Positions 43,607 through 58,089 of a stretch of DNA of 64,000 nucleotides are shown here, piece by piece. The notes below the pieces were generated by a model that saw only the letters and a program-made list of their open reading frames with translations, was not told the DNA's origin and did no database searches. This DNA is from Chrysomallon squamiferum (lineage: Eukaryota > Animalia > Mollusca). The stretch is from positions 2,790,001 to 2,854,000 of the forward strand of contig CM022676.1 of assembly GCA_012295275.1 (NCBI GenBank). The letters run 5' to 3'. Both the position numbers and the translations under genes were made by a program. How positions within the stretch are numbered: the first letter of the stretch is position 1; the number at the start of each line of letters is the position of its first letter.

Positions 43607-45541
43607 ATGGCATCAAAACAATCTGAAAAGGTGACCAAGAAAAGTAAACCAGAAGTAAAAAATACTTACGGTTTTGTTGATAACTGGCAACAGGAACACA
43701 CTATCCTTGAAAGTCTCCGATATTCTCTCAAGGAAAACATTCTCTGTGACGTCACATTCATTGTCGGAGAGGACAGGACACGTATCCAAGCTCACAAGTT
43801 GATACTCAGTCTGCGCAGCTATGTGTTTCAGGCCATGTTGACAGGAGATCTGAAAGAACAGGGTGATATTGTAATCCCAGACACTGAAGCAGAAGTTTTT
43901 CACTTGTTTTTAGAGTAAGAAATTAGTGTCCAGTTTTGTTATTTATTTGTTTGTTGTTTCTTTTTTTGATTTATTTATTTCTGTGTTTGTTTATTTACTT
44001 TACTTTTTATTTTGTTACCGATTTTATTTTATATCAATGATAACGCATGTAAATGTATGTATATATGTGTTTGTATATATGTATATCTGTTATTCGTCTG
44101 TGCGCATGCATATGTTTATGTGTCCATATGTGTGTTAATATGTGTTAATATATATGTACCTATTTGTATGTGTTTATGTATGTGTGTACAATGTGTGTAT
44201 GAGTATGTGTACGTATGTTTCTACGTGTATTTGTATATATGTATATGTATATATGTGTACGTGTGTATGTATGTGTATGTGTCTGCGTGTGCTCATATCG
44301 GTATATTTGTTTTTGCATCTATTTTTGTGCATTTTGTGTATCTCGACTCATGTCTCCTGTTGGAAGAATCTCACACTTATAAACAAGACGATGTCACGGA
44401 AACATGTCTGAGATATATTTGGAAAAACGGCGAAGCTGTACTGAATTCAGAGAGTTTCACAGATCTCTGTCGTGAATGTTTAGGAAAGATAATTGAATCT
44501 GATTATCTGAACGCCACTGAGGAGACAGTTTTTCAGTCATGCATGAAATGGAGTGAAGCTGAGTGCAGACGACAGGAAAAAGAAATAACAGCAGAAAACC
44601 AGCGTGAAATGCTGGGAAAAGAGCTGTACCTCATTCGCTTTCCTCTTCTCGACTCAGAGTATTTTCAAAATAAGGTGTTGCCTAAAGATATTTTAATTGA
44701 TTCTGAAAAGTTCGAAACTCTCTGTTGCTATATGTACCCAGAGAAAGATGTGTTAATTCTCAGCAAAAGCCGCAGAGTTGGTACTAAGAGAAAGTTAATT
44801 AAAATTGATAGATTTGAAAATATCTGTTTCCAGGGCGTCGATGATAATCTTTCCTGGTATAGTGATACGATAACATTTTGTTTAAACACGAATGCATCTT
44901 TGAAAGGCTTTAGTATTCTCACTTTTCCAAGAAAAAGTAAAAGAAAATCCAAAGACTCTGATGATTTTTCAGATGCTGGTTTTCAAGGTATACCACAATA
45001 TAGAGTCTCTGGTTATCCATATGCTGTAGCAGAAAGTAAGCAACAATATAGAGTCTCTGGTTATCAATATGATGCACCACAAAGTGAACAACAATACAGT
45101 GCCTCTGGTTATCGATATGCTGTAGCAGAAAATAAGGAACAATATAGAGTCTCTGGTTATCAATATGATGTACCACAAAGTAAACAAGAATTTAGTGCAT
45201 TTGGTTCTTCAGGTGCTGCACCAGAAAGTGGAGAATCAATTTCAATCAAAGCCAGTGTTTGTGAAGTTTCGACAGATGTGATAGTGCCAGGATCTTCAGT
45301 AGATAAACAAATCCGCGAGTCTGTTTTTGATGTTGACTTTCCAAGTCCTTTAGACATAAAGAAAGACACACAGTATAAGCTGACTGTTCACACTCAAGGA
45401 AGGGTTAGATGTACGACAGTGAAAAGACAAGGTGAGCTACGTGAAGGCTTTCTGAAGTGTACATTCTCAGATAGTCAACGATGTTCGCATACTGTTGGCA
45501 TTAAAACAAACATTGTATCGCGATTAAAATTCCTTGTGTGA
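43607..45541 (+). CDS. BTB-BACK-PHR-like paralog, copy 5: open frames and a 16-aa repeat insertion, but acceptor and ~43 codons deleted (possible young pseudogene)
   Basis: Exon 1 43607-43914 is intact with donor gtaag. Homology to exon 2 resumes only at 44342 (LDSCLLLEESHTYKQDD) and is stop-free to 45541. The ttccag|atttctttat acceptor and FLYTDE...EMT segment are absent. Confidence 0.65.
44996..45235 (+). repeat. Coding 48-bp (16-aa) tandem repeat, 5 units
   Basis: Units start at 44996, 45044, 45092, 45140, 45188: QYRVSGYPYAVAESKQ / QYRVSGYQYDAPQSEQ / QYSASGYRYAVAENKE / QYRVSGYQYDVPQSKQ / EFSAFGSSGAAPESGE. Confidence 0.92.
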
Positions 45542-46997
45542 ATTTGATTTACATTATATCTATAAAACATGTTATTGCTGCACCAATCAGAAATTATAGA
45601 CTTAAACCATATTATTATTAATAGCAGTATTCTCTACACACACATACACGTGCACTCATAACTGCTCATACACACATACACAAACTCAGCAGCTCTCTCA
45701 CACAAGCTTTAAAAAATAAATTCAAATAGAAATAGAAGAAAAGTTGAAAACAATAATATACAAACAATGTGGAATTTTCAAAGACAAATGGATTACTTAC
45801 AGACGAGGAATTTCACTTTCGTTTCGGAAGAATAATTTTGAACTATTGTATTAGACAATTGTATTATTACTAAATTTATTATCATAATTTAGGAATGTTC
45901 TTTCGTTACTTTGGAAACATTTATCATAGTAACGTTTCAATGTGTGTTTTAATCATGGCTTTACGAAATTGTTTGGTTCATCTTCGATTACGGGATAGAG
46001 GGAAGAATCAAGGGAAATCACTCTGGAATAACAACTCAACTAATTTCATCTGAGTTACGTACTAATGTCTTCCTAATTTACTTTTTAGTTTTTAATTTTT
46101 ACTTATTTATATTTTAAAATTACTTCTGTTTTATTGTTAAAGAGTGCTGAAAAAAGATTTTGTATAATGTTTTATTTTATTTTTAATTTTTAAAATTTTT
46201 ATTATTATTATTTTCGTGAATCTGCATTATAATATTTTTGATTCATAAGGTAACTGATTACACTTGCAGTTCTGAAACGTGTGCATGTGTGTGTGTGTTT
46301 CTGTGTGTGTATATATATATATATATATATAAAACATTATAGCATCCTATACTGTGCTATACTATACTAAACTATATTATGCTATTCTGTACTATAGTAT
46401 AGTATGCTATGCTATACTGTACGATATTATACTGACCTACGCTATGTTATACTACACTACACAATACTATACTATTCTACACTATACTATATTAAAATAT
46501 TTATAGACAATAATATAATTAAATTTGTTGCTTTTTAAAGTTTAGGATTCAGTAAAGGTTTGTATACATATATTTATGTTTTAGACTGTTAGAGAATGTA
46601 ATCATAATGTATTGTGAAATAACACGTTTCAATCGATTTTATTTTTTAGATACGGTTAAAAAATATTAGTGGATAATAATCTAAGTTTATTTCTATTATT
46701 ATTCTATTTCATTATACTATTATTATTACTCTTTTAATGTTTTGTTTTCTCTCTTTATCAATGTGAATTATAATATTTTGTAATAAAGATGTATTTACAT
46801 TCGTAAGTTTTAATTGTAAGTAGTAATAATACTTGTACATTTTAGCTTAATAAAATATTTACAGATAATAACGTACTTTTGTCAGTTTTCAGTTGTAAAA
46901 ATGAGAAATTTGGTTTTCATTTTACTATAAAATAGGGATATTTAAATTCATAAATAGACAAACAGACAGAAAGTATGAAGAACAATAGATAACAGAG

Positions 46998-47145
<148 letters not shown>

Positions 47146-48179
47146 AAGTAATCTCACTAATTAAAATAAAAAGTAGCTACACTTCACGAGATGTAAACAT
47201 ACGTCTATCAGTATGAACAGCTGAGTCTGTGAATCCTGTCTCTATAGCGTTAAACATTTTCTAATTAACAGAACTAAAACGACTCACAGTGCGAAAACTT
47301 TATATAAAAGTAATCATCACATTCGTTATTTAGCTACAGAACAAATGCGATAATAAGAAGCAATGCTCAATAAAATACACATTTCTTTCTTTTTCTTTTT
47401 TTCTTTTCTTTTTTTTAATTCTTTTTCTATCTCATTTTCTGAGACATCGAAAAGGAGAACGGAAGAGAAGATCAATCAAGGGAAGATAACTCCGAAATAG
47501 TTTATTAGTTGCATGAACACTTTCAAGTAACAGTTACAAAAATAATGTATATATTTGGGTGTTTTTAATTTTTTAATTTATTTTTTATTTTTACTTAAAC
47601 GTTTGAATATTCTGTCCTTGGTCTAACCTACCTGTGCACACTGGAATATACATAAACGAACAGAAAAGACACAAAGACTCTTTTACAGAAATGTATACAC
47701 ACGGACACACACTCGTGTACAAAGTTCTACACATTCTCTCACTCGCATACACACTGTGACACACTTAACATTCTCATACATTTGTTTTATATGAAAATGT
47801 AATAATAATAATGTTCTGACGGTTTATTTAGGTGGTATTAATATTTGCTTCTCTGTCCTTGTTCTTCTTGTTTTATTTTTTAATTTTTCGGTCTCCCCTC
47901 CATCATTACTGTGGCAATATTAATACTATTTTGTCATTAACCTCCGTCGTGTTATTACTATTAGTGGTAGTAGCATAACAACTCACGTTACACATTCCAA
48001 TACTCTAGCACATTAATTCTCATATAGTGACACATACTTACATTAAATGCATAATACGGGTAATACTGGTATACTCTAACACGTAAATTCTCTCATATTT
48101 GTACAGATAAACACACATACATTTACACACACTGGCATAGGCACTCTCGAATACCAAGACATACTTACAACACATATAT

Positions 48180-48362
48180 ACACTTACATATTCTCTCTGC
48201 CACATGAACTCTCTCATACTGAAGCATACTCACACCACACACATTCAAATACTCACTCTGCCACATAAACTGTCACATATTCAACCATACTCACACTATA
48301 CACATTCAAACACTCAATCTGCCATATAAACTCTCCCATACTCAGTATATATTCACACTAAA
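48180..48362. repeat. Degenerate ~61-bp tandem repeat, 3 copies
   Basis: ctctgccacat(g/a)aact...catact...catactcacac recurs at ~48195, 48256 and 48317. Confidence 0.6.
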
Positions 48363-48956
48363 CGTCTAGCTCATCTACTCACGAGTACACACTCAAATAC
48401 CCACTCACATACACAAGAACTACACACATAACTCACGCTCAGGCACTTACAGTTTCAATTACTGATATATACATACACTGTGATATACATACAACATTCG
48501 TAATCTCATACACATACACTATACAAATAACCTGACAAACTAACACTATCACATCCTCTCATACACAAAACTCTATCACATTCACACTCAGATAATCACA
48601 TTATTACACATACATTCTCAGAATTGTAAAAAATATGCGTGTACTGTGTAGAAGTATATGTTGTGATGATAAACGTATTCAGTGGGTAACAAAGATGTAT
48701 GTATTAAGATAATAAAGATGTATCTATTGTGGTAATACGTTTAAACATAAATGCTGCAATTTTATCATGATGCATGGATACATTTTTGAAGCCAAATATT
48801 ATATACTTATCCGATAATGAGCCAGACACATACACGATCATACAGGTAATATATATTTTATATAACAGCATTTCAGAAGACTGTAAATATCAGATATATT
48901 TATACCTGACAAAAAATTAGACTGCGTAATAAAGACAGGTGGCCTAAGTAGTCATT

Positions 48957-49062
<106 letters not shown>

Positions 49063-49479
49063 GTCTCTCTCTCTCTCTCTCTATCTCTGTGTTATATATA
49101 TATACATATATACACACACAAACATGAATAAACACAGACACACAGGTTTTTAAGTATATACTTAAAAGTCTGTCTGATTTGTACTTTCTCTCTTTCGTTT
49201 TAGTTCATGACAATTTCTTAAGAAATATTTTCTCTACTGAATGCAGTATAATATTTAAGTGAAGCATTAATTGTGTATACTGTAAAAGAGGAACAGATGA
49301 AATTAATGATTAGAAACCAATTATTAATGCCCAGATAAAAAACCGAAAAAACCCCACAATTGATAACATTCATAAAAAGACACTGACATATGGAAATATA
49401 TATATATATTTACACAACTATGTACAAGTGAAACGTTTCATGATATAGTTATTTACATCTATATGAACACCCCCAAACC

Positions 49480-49880
49480 CTGTCTAAAACTAATAACCAA
49501 GGATCACTTTAGACATACTCACTGCCTCATGACAGAGTCAGCGCCAACTTGGTCTACACTGTTGGCTGCTTATACCGCTCTTGGTCTTTAAATCAGGGAC
49601 TGGGCAAGATGAAAGCTTCCCAAACTGTACCTGCCCTAATTAAACCAGCCCCCTCGGTAAAATTCTTACGTGGGCGTAACTCGTCTTCGGCCCCGAAGAT
49701 CGAGTATATCTACATTACCTTGCCTGCCCCCTCGAGGATATTCGTAGGTGGGCTGAGCCACTCCCCTTCGACTCCTTTGGCAATAACCTGTTCCCCTTCA
49801 GTTTAGTAGGTGGAATTTAAACCTGGGTCAGAACCTTAGCTCTGTTATTAGCGGAATAGATACGTCTTTATTATTATAAT
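49480..49880 (+). repeat. Unclassified GC-richer ~400-bp element; inverted copy at 58440-58790
   Basis: caaactgtacctgccctaattaaaccagcc at ~49621 is the near reverse complement of ggctggtttaattagggcaaatacagtttg at ~58605; the flanks also align. Confidence 0.7.
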
Positions 49881-49899
49881 ATATACTTGTTTATTCCAC

Positions 49900-49936
<37 letters not shown>

Positions 49937-50279
49937 GCAGGTAGAAAAGCTCCTCATGACGTAAAAACATTCTATTGTAATTTCATAAAATATTTTCTTT
50001 CATTTTATTCATTTTATTTATTTATAGGAATAAAAAAATTAAAATTAAAACCAAATGAAAATGAAAGAACAACAAAAAGCAATTAAGGACCGTAAATAAA
50101 ACAGATTAAACCACTACTATTACTAAGACAACAACTACTAAAACTACTGCTGCTACTACTACTACTACTAATAACACGACGAAGGTAACTCACAAAATAG
50201 TACTAATATTGAAACAATAACGAGGGACGGGTAAGATGAGAACATTAGAAGAAAACAAAACAAAACAAAAACAACAACA

Positions 50280-51083
50280 ACAGAAAAACAGCGATTAATG
50301 CCATCTAAATAAACTTTCAGAACATTATTATTATTATGAATACTTTGCTCAATATAAATATTTAATTTCATTACCGAAAATGTAAAGTAATTTTGACAAA
50401 CTCGTATTAATATGTTTACGATCCATATATAAGAGTTATCTTCCCTGAAGACTAGATCATCAAAAGCAGGTCAAAGTTCGAGTGGAATACGTTTAAAAAA
50501 TAAAAATACTTAGTTACACTGATCATTATCTCAATCGTAAAGAGATTTTTTAATTTACTTTTCATAAAATAAAATAAAAAATATATTGATAAGATGACTA
50601 TTACTTATTATTATATTTAAAAACTGTTACACTTAAATTCGAGACTTGTATTCATTGTTTTGTTTTCCTGGAAACCGCGAGCTGTTTACTGGGAAGTAAT
50701 GTACACACACGACACACTTCTAAGGTGACGTTTCTACAAGCTAAGTTTTTGTTTCTATTAAAAACAGAGGTTTTTCTTACTGCTGATTTTTCTGTAGATA
50801 CATTTCGAAACCTAATAGTGCATTTAAAACAAATACAGTGAAACAGTGGTTATTTGTTGAAGGTATGCAGTATATTTTGTTTGTATATATAATGAATACA
50901 GTTTGCATGTAATGAATTTTGTCACGTAGTACAGTGGCCTCTTTAACAATGATTATCAAACTTTACCTCCAAGAAAGTGCGCCGTTATAATAATAAAGAT
51001 GATAATGACCATGCTGATAATGATAATGATAATAATTAGAGTAATAATAATATTAATCATTATGATGATGATAATAATAATGA

Positions 51084-51136
<53 letters not shown>

Positions 51137-52660
51137 AGTAATAATAATAAGAAGAATAATAATAATAAGAAGAAGAAGAATAAAAGAAGAAGAAGAAGAA
51201 GAGGACGAATATTCAAATAATGAATAAATAAATAAATAAATTTAAAACTAAACAGTGAAAAATTAATAATAAATACAAATATTTACAGCACACATTGCTG
51301 AAGGTGACGTTTATATTTTATTTGTTTTAGAAACAAAGATTATTGCCATTATTGCCTTTTTCTGTAGATACATTTCTTAACTTAAGTCTGTTTAAAACAA
51401 ATACAATGAAGTGTTGGTTATTTCAGTATTTGTCTGTTCACAGCTGTTAGCATTGTTGTCTCTTCGCCATTGCTTGTCGACATATCCACTGCGTCAGCAA
51501 ACCAAAGTGTGAAGCTGACATCTAGTAAAGCTAAAATATAATTCAGAGCTTCAAATATAGACATATACCAGTTTTGTTTGTTTATTTTATTTCTATTATT
51601 AGCAACTAGGAAACACCCTGTAATCCGCCACTTGATTAAAGAGTCTTTGATATAGTTTGTCACGTAGTACTGTGACCTAGTTAACAATTATTATCAAACT
51701 TTAGCTTTGAGGAAGTTCAGCGCTCAGTGAGTCGTAAACTAATGTAGATAACAAAAGCAACAACAGCAACAACAACAATAACATAATAATAATTTCATTT
51801 ATTTATTTTATTTCTATTATTAGCAACTGGGAAACACCCCATAATCCGCCCCTTGAGTAAAGAGTGTTTGAGATCGAGTTTTTCACGTAGTACAGTGACC
51901 TAGTTAACAATTATTATCAAACTTAACTTCGAGAAAGTTCTATACATAAGCCCAAATCTAAATAAACTGTCGGTTAAAACATGGCGGATGTGAGAATTAT
52001 TCTGGACATAAATAGTTAATTTCAATAGCAAGAAAAATAAGGTCGAAGGTTTTTTAATACTTTAATGATCAATGTTTGGATAAGAGTTGTCTTCCCTGAA
52101 ACACCTAGATCACAAAAAAGCAGGTCAAAGTTCCAATGGATAACTTTTAAAAGTAAAAATTCTTAATTATCTTAATAATTATCTCAATCACAAAGTGATT
52201 TTTTTATTAAGTTTTCATAAAATAAAATTAGGAATAAATTAAGATGATAACTACTATTTATCTTTATTTCTAAAAGAGTTAATTTGAAATTGAAAGTAGC
52301 ATTTACTGCTTTATTTTCCTTGAAAAAAGTCAGATGTTTACTACGAAGTAATTTACATACAGGACACACTGCTGAAGGTGACGTTTCTAGAAGGTAAGTT
52401 TTTCTTTTCGTTAGAAACAAAGATTTTTCTTATTACTGATTTTTCTGTAGATATATTTTGAAACCTGATTATGCATTTAAAACAAATACAGTGAAATAGT
52501 GGTTATTTGTTGAAGGTATGCTGTCTGTTTTGGATGTATACATAAAGAATAGAAATATCTGTAAACGATTTTACCACGTAGTACTGTGACCTAGTTAACA
52601 ATGTTATCAAACTTTACCTTCGAGAATGTTCGCCGCTGAGACGTCGGAAAACATGATATA
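50280..52660 (+). repeat. Repeat family B units upstream of copy 6
   Basis: Hairpin module at ~50921, 51659, 51882 and 52573, plus the other family modules. Confidence 0.85.
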
Positions 52661-52690
52661 ATAATAATAATAATAATAATAATCATAATC

Positions 52691-52745
<55 letters not shown>

Positions 52746-53159
52746 TGATAATAATAATAATAACAATAATAATAATAATCATAGAAGATGATGAAGAAGA
52801 AAATGAATATTCAAATAATAAATAAATAAATAAATTTAAAAACACAACTGAACAATGACAAATTGATAATAAATAAAGTTATTTATTAATTTTAATTGCA
52901 GGGAGGAATGAGTCGGATAAAACAAAGAACAGGGGAAAATATTAAGATAAATAATAAGCACATTCCAGCAAACATAAATACATATGTACACACACACACG
53001 CACACATATTAAGGCAATAAATGAAATAAAGTTTGCAGTGATATCGAGATCGTTTTATTGTTAGCACAAAGAAAAAAAAGAAAAAGAAAAGAAAAAGCTA
53101 CAGATTAACAATAGCAGGTTTTTGTGCAGTTCATCTGTTGTATGCAAGAAAATTGTAAA

Positions 53160-53256
53160 ACAAGTCTACAAATAAAAACTTGGTTTATGGTTAACGTGAC
53201 CGTGAACATGTGTGTCAGTGACTGTGTCGCTGATGTCGTTATCACGTAATGCTGCC
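53160..53256 (+). promoter_or_regulatory. Conserved upstream block of copy 6 (putative promoter and short non-coding exon, with a possible 5' UTR intron 53246-53426)
   Basis: Shared with copies 1 and 4. Contains an initiator-like tcagt (53215), ACGT cores, and a candidate donor cac|gtaatg. An AG about 10 nt before the ATG (ttaattcag/ttaatttag) is retained in copies 1, 4, 5 and 6. Confidence 0.5.
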
Positions 53257-53258
53257 GA

Positions 53259-53351
<93 letters not shown>

Positions 53352-53436
53352 AAATATACACAGTTTTTTTGTTTACTTACGTTAAAATAAATATTATTTT
53401 CTGTTGTTATCATTTTATTAATTCAGTGATAACAAA

Positions 53437-55474
53437 ATGGCTGCAGCACAAACCGAAGTCGTGGATGATGTAACCATCCCTCGAGAAACAGAAGTAAAAA
53501 ATACTTCCGGTTTTGTTGATAACTGGCAACATGGACGAACTATCATTGAAAGTCTCGGATATTCTCTCAAAGAAAACATTCTCTGTGACGTCACATTCAT
53601 TGTCGGAGAGGACAGGACACGTATCCAAGCTCACAAGTTGATACTCAGTCTGCGCAGCTGTGTGTTTCACGCCATGCTGACAGGAGATCTGAAAGAACAG
53701 GGTGATATTGTAATCCCAGACACTGAAGCAGAAATTTTTCACTTGTTTTTAGAGTAAGAAATTATCCATTTTATTTAATTTTTTAATTAATTAATCAGTA
53801 TGTATGTATGTATATATGTTTGTATGTATGTATGTTTGTATGTATGTGTGTATGTATATAATATGCATGTTTGTATGAATGTATGTATGTATGTATGTAC
53901 ATAATATGCATGAATGTATTATATGTATTTTAGCATCTGAATTTATCTGTCTTTTGTACGTCTGAATAAATGTTTGCGTGAGTAAATGTATGTGTGTGTG
54001 TGTGTATATGCGTATTTAATATGTGTATTTGATATTTCCTTTTCGAAAGTTTCTGCTTTTCAAAAAAAAAATGTATATATTTTATTTTATTCTGATATAA
54101 TTCATGCAGAGATATGTGTGTAATCTCTATGTATGTATGTGTGAGTGTGCGTGTATATATATAATATGCATGTATATATGTATATAGTTTAGTATCTGAA
54201 GTTCTCTGTCTTATGTACGTCTGTATGGATGAATGTTTGTGTGAATATATAACCATTATATAAAACTATAATCTTTGTATGTATATATATTTGTATGTGT
54301 TTGTGTGTGTTTGTATATGTAAGTATGCTTGCATCCATATATGTATATTTGAATATGTGTGTGTGTGTGTGTGTGTGTGTGTCTGTGTGTGTGTTTGTTT
54401 ATTTAAGTCTTCTTTCTTCTATTTTCCAGATTTCTTTATACTGATGAAACGGACTTTAAAGCCGACAACGTCATTCGATTGTTGTACCTTGCCAGGAAGT
54501 ATGACGTCACTAATCTAGAAAAGAGATGTCTTAACTATCTTGAAACGGAAATGACGACAGAAGACGCATGCATTGTACTCGAAGAAACCCACACTTATAA
54601 ACAAGACGATTTTACGGAAACATGTCTGGAATATATTTGGGAAAATGGCGAAGCTGTACTGAATTCAGAGAGTTTCACAGATCTCTGTCGTGAATGTTTT
54701 AGAAAGATAATTGAATCTGATGATCTGAACGCCACTGAGGAGACAGTTTTTCAGTCATGCATGAAATGGAGTGAAGCTGAGTGCAGACGACAGGAAAAAG
54801 AAATAACAGCAGAAAACCAACGTGAAGTCCTGGGAAAAGAGCTATACCTCATTCGCTTTCCTCTTCTCGACTTAGAGTATTTTCAAAATCAGGTTTTGCC
54901 TAAAAATATTTTAACTCAATGTGAAAAATTCGAAACTGTCTGTTCCTATGTCTACCCAGAGATAGATGTGTCACTTTTCAGCAAAAGCCGCAGAATTGGT
55001 ACAAAAAAGAAGTTAATCGAAATTGATAGATTTAAAAATATTTGTTTCCAGTCCGTCGATGATGTTTCTTCCTTGTACAATGATGCGATTACATTTTGTT
55101 TAAACACGAACGCATCTTTGAAAGGTTTTAGTATTCTCACTTTTCCAAGAAAAAGTACAACATTTTCAATCAAAGCCAGTGTTTGTGAAGTATCGACAGA
55201 TGTGATTGTGCCAGGATCTTTAGTAGATAAAGAAATCGATAAGTCTGTTTTTGATGTTGATTTTCCAATCCCTTTAAACATAGAGAAAGACACACAGTAT
55301 AAACTGATTGTTGAAAGTGAAGGAAGAGTTAGATGTGAGACGGTGAAGAGACAAGGTGACATACGTGAAGGTTTTCTGAAGTGTACCTTGTCAGATAGCG
55401 GAGAATGTTCTCATAAGTGTTACATGTTCTGGAATAAATCAGACTTTATATCGGAATTAAAATTCCTCGTGTGA
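53437..55474 (+). CDS. BTB/POZ-BACK-PHR-like domain protein (BTBD1/2/3/6-like), copy 6, intact, 453 aa
   Basis: Exons 53437-53753 and 54430-55474 with a phase-2 GT-AG intron at the same position as copy 4; 1362 nt, no internal stop; same domain motifs. Confidence 0.93.
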
Positions 55475-57202
55475 ATTTGATTTACATTATATTTATAAAA
55501 TATAATATTACTGTAGGAATTATAAATTATAAATACAGATATATACCCATATTGTTATTAAGACCAGTATTCTCTATACACACACATACGTGCATTCATA
55601 ACTGCACATACACACATACACAAACTCAGCAGCTCCCGAAACATAAAACAGAAGAAGAAAATCACACCAACATAACAAAATAAATTATAATACAAATAGA
55701 AGAAAAGTTGAAAACAATAATACAGAAATTATTTGGAATTTTCAAAGAACAATGGATTACTAACAGACGAGGAATTTCTTTCGTTTTGGTAGAAAATTAT
55801 TATTTTGTATCCTGAACAAGAAAGTGCATGACATCAAATGACTGAAAAAAGCTCGGATTAACTTTTTGTAAATTAACTTTGCAGTGATAATCTTAATTGT
55901 TGTTTTAGATAATAGTTTTATTATTAATATTTCTTGTCTCATAATTTTTGACTGTTCGTGCTTTACTTTGGAAACATTATAGTATCATCTGCCTGCTTTG
56001 ATCATGTTCTATAAACATTATTTATATTATTTCTCATAGTAACGTGTCATCTGTGTGTTAAACTCATGTTTTTTTGCACAATTGTTCGTTTTAACTCCGA
56101 TTACGGAGTAGAGCGAAGAATCAAGGGAACTCACTCTGGGATAATAACATACATGATTTCATCAGAGTCACGTACTATTTATTTATTTTAAATTATTTTT
56201 ATTCATTTTTATTCGAGAGAAATAAGTTATTTGTATTGTGAAATAGTAATGAGAAAAGATTTTCTATGTAGTTTTATTTTATTTTTAATTTTAAAATAAT
56301 GATTATTATTATTTTCGTGACTCTGGATTACAATATTTTTGATTGATAAGGTAATTAATTATATTTGCAGTTCGAAAACGAACTAATGAATAGCTACATA
56401 TATATATATATGAATTTGACTACAATATAAATTATTATACTGTCCTATGCTATCCTATCCTATGCTCTGCTAGACTGCATTACACTAGATTGCACTCTAC
56501 TATACTATGCCATAATATACTATGCGATACAAAGCTATACTTCCTATTCTATACAATACTACACTATACTATCGTATAAATAATTATTGTTGTACTTTTA
56601 CTTTGAATATAAAAAATATAAATATAATAACAAAATTGCCTTTACATTATGAAAGAATTACAAATAACTATTTTTTATATTGTATTTTTAGTGCGAATAT
56701 AATTTTGTTTTTAATAATTAACAACTATTTATAAACAATACATAGGGATAGATAATATAATTACAATACATTTGGAAAATACACGTTTCAGTCGGTTTTA
56801 TTACTCTTCTAATGTTTCTTTTTCTTTCTTTCTCAACGTGAATTATAATATTTTCTAATAATAATGTATTACATTCGAAAGTTTTAACTGTGGGTAGCAA
56901 TACTTGTTGTACATTTTAGCTTAATAAAATATTTCCACATAATAATGCATTTTTATTTGTTTTCAAATGTAAAAATGAGTAATTGTTGCTGTACCTTGGT
57001 TTTCAATGTATAGTAAAAGGTTAGGGATATTTAAAGAATTATGTGAAATTGCTAAGTAGAAAAACACATAGACAGAGAGACAGAGAGACAGACAGACAGA
57101 TAGAGAATAGATTATATAAATACAATTTGAAAACATAAACAAAAATATGTTTTGGAAGCATTTGAAGGAAACAGTATGAAGAACAATAGAAAACAAACAA
57201 AA

Positions 57203-57398
<196 letters not shown>

Positions 57399-58089
57399 AG
57401 AGAGAGAGATATCACTAATTAAAAACAAAAGTAGCTGCACTTCACAAGGTGTATACATACGTCTATGAATATCAACAGCTGAGTTTGTGAATCCTGTCTC
57501 TACAGAAGATTTACTAATTAATAGAAAGGAAACAACACAGCGCGATAACTTTCTAAAACGAAAATTAAAAACAAAATCAAAACGTTGGTGACTTAGCTTC
57601 ACAATTGCCATAACGATAAAGATACATAAATTCTCTCTTATTCGTAAATTTACTCACATTATACACACAAACACACTTATATACACACTCTGGTTTACGC
57701 TCTTTCACATACACAACTATGGACGCTACAGGCATGAATTCAAATACTCACTGTGGCACATAAAGTCTCTCGTACCTTTCATATACTCACACTAAACACA
57801 AAACTCATTTACTGACTAGCATACGCTGAAATACTCACTATCGTATATAAATATTACACAAATAAACATACTAAACATATACACACATAGACTCACGCTC
57901 TGGCACATACATTTTCAAATATTCATACAATCATATACGAACAATAACATACACAGAGCATACGCAATCATACATACGCACAGTATACACATATCCTCAC
58001 AAAGTAACATTATCAACATACATTTTCAAAATTGTAATAAACATAGGTTCACTGTGTAGAACTATATACTGTGATGAGAAAGAGGTATA

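Noticed and set aside
44012-44341. First 110 aa of the 509-aa ORF read as a Cys/Val/Tyr-rich membrane domain
   Set aside because: It is the (TG/TA)-rich intron equivalent to those of the other copies; such repeats often lack stops by chance. Kept only as a caveat in the copy 5 finding.
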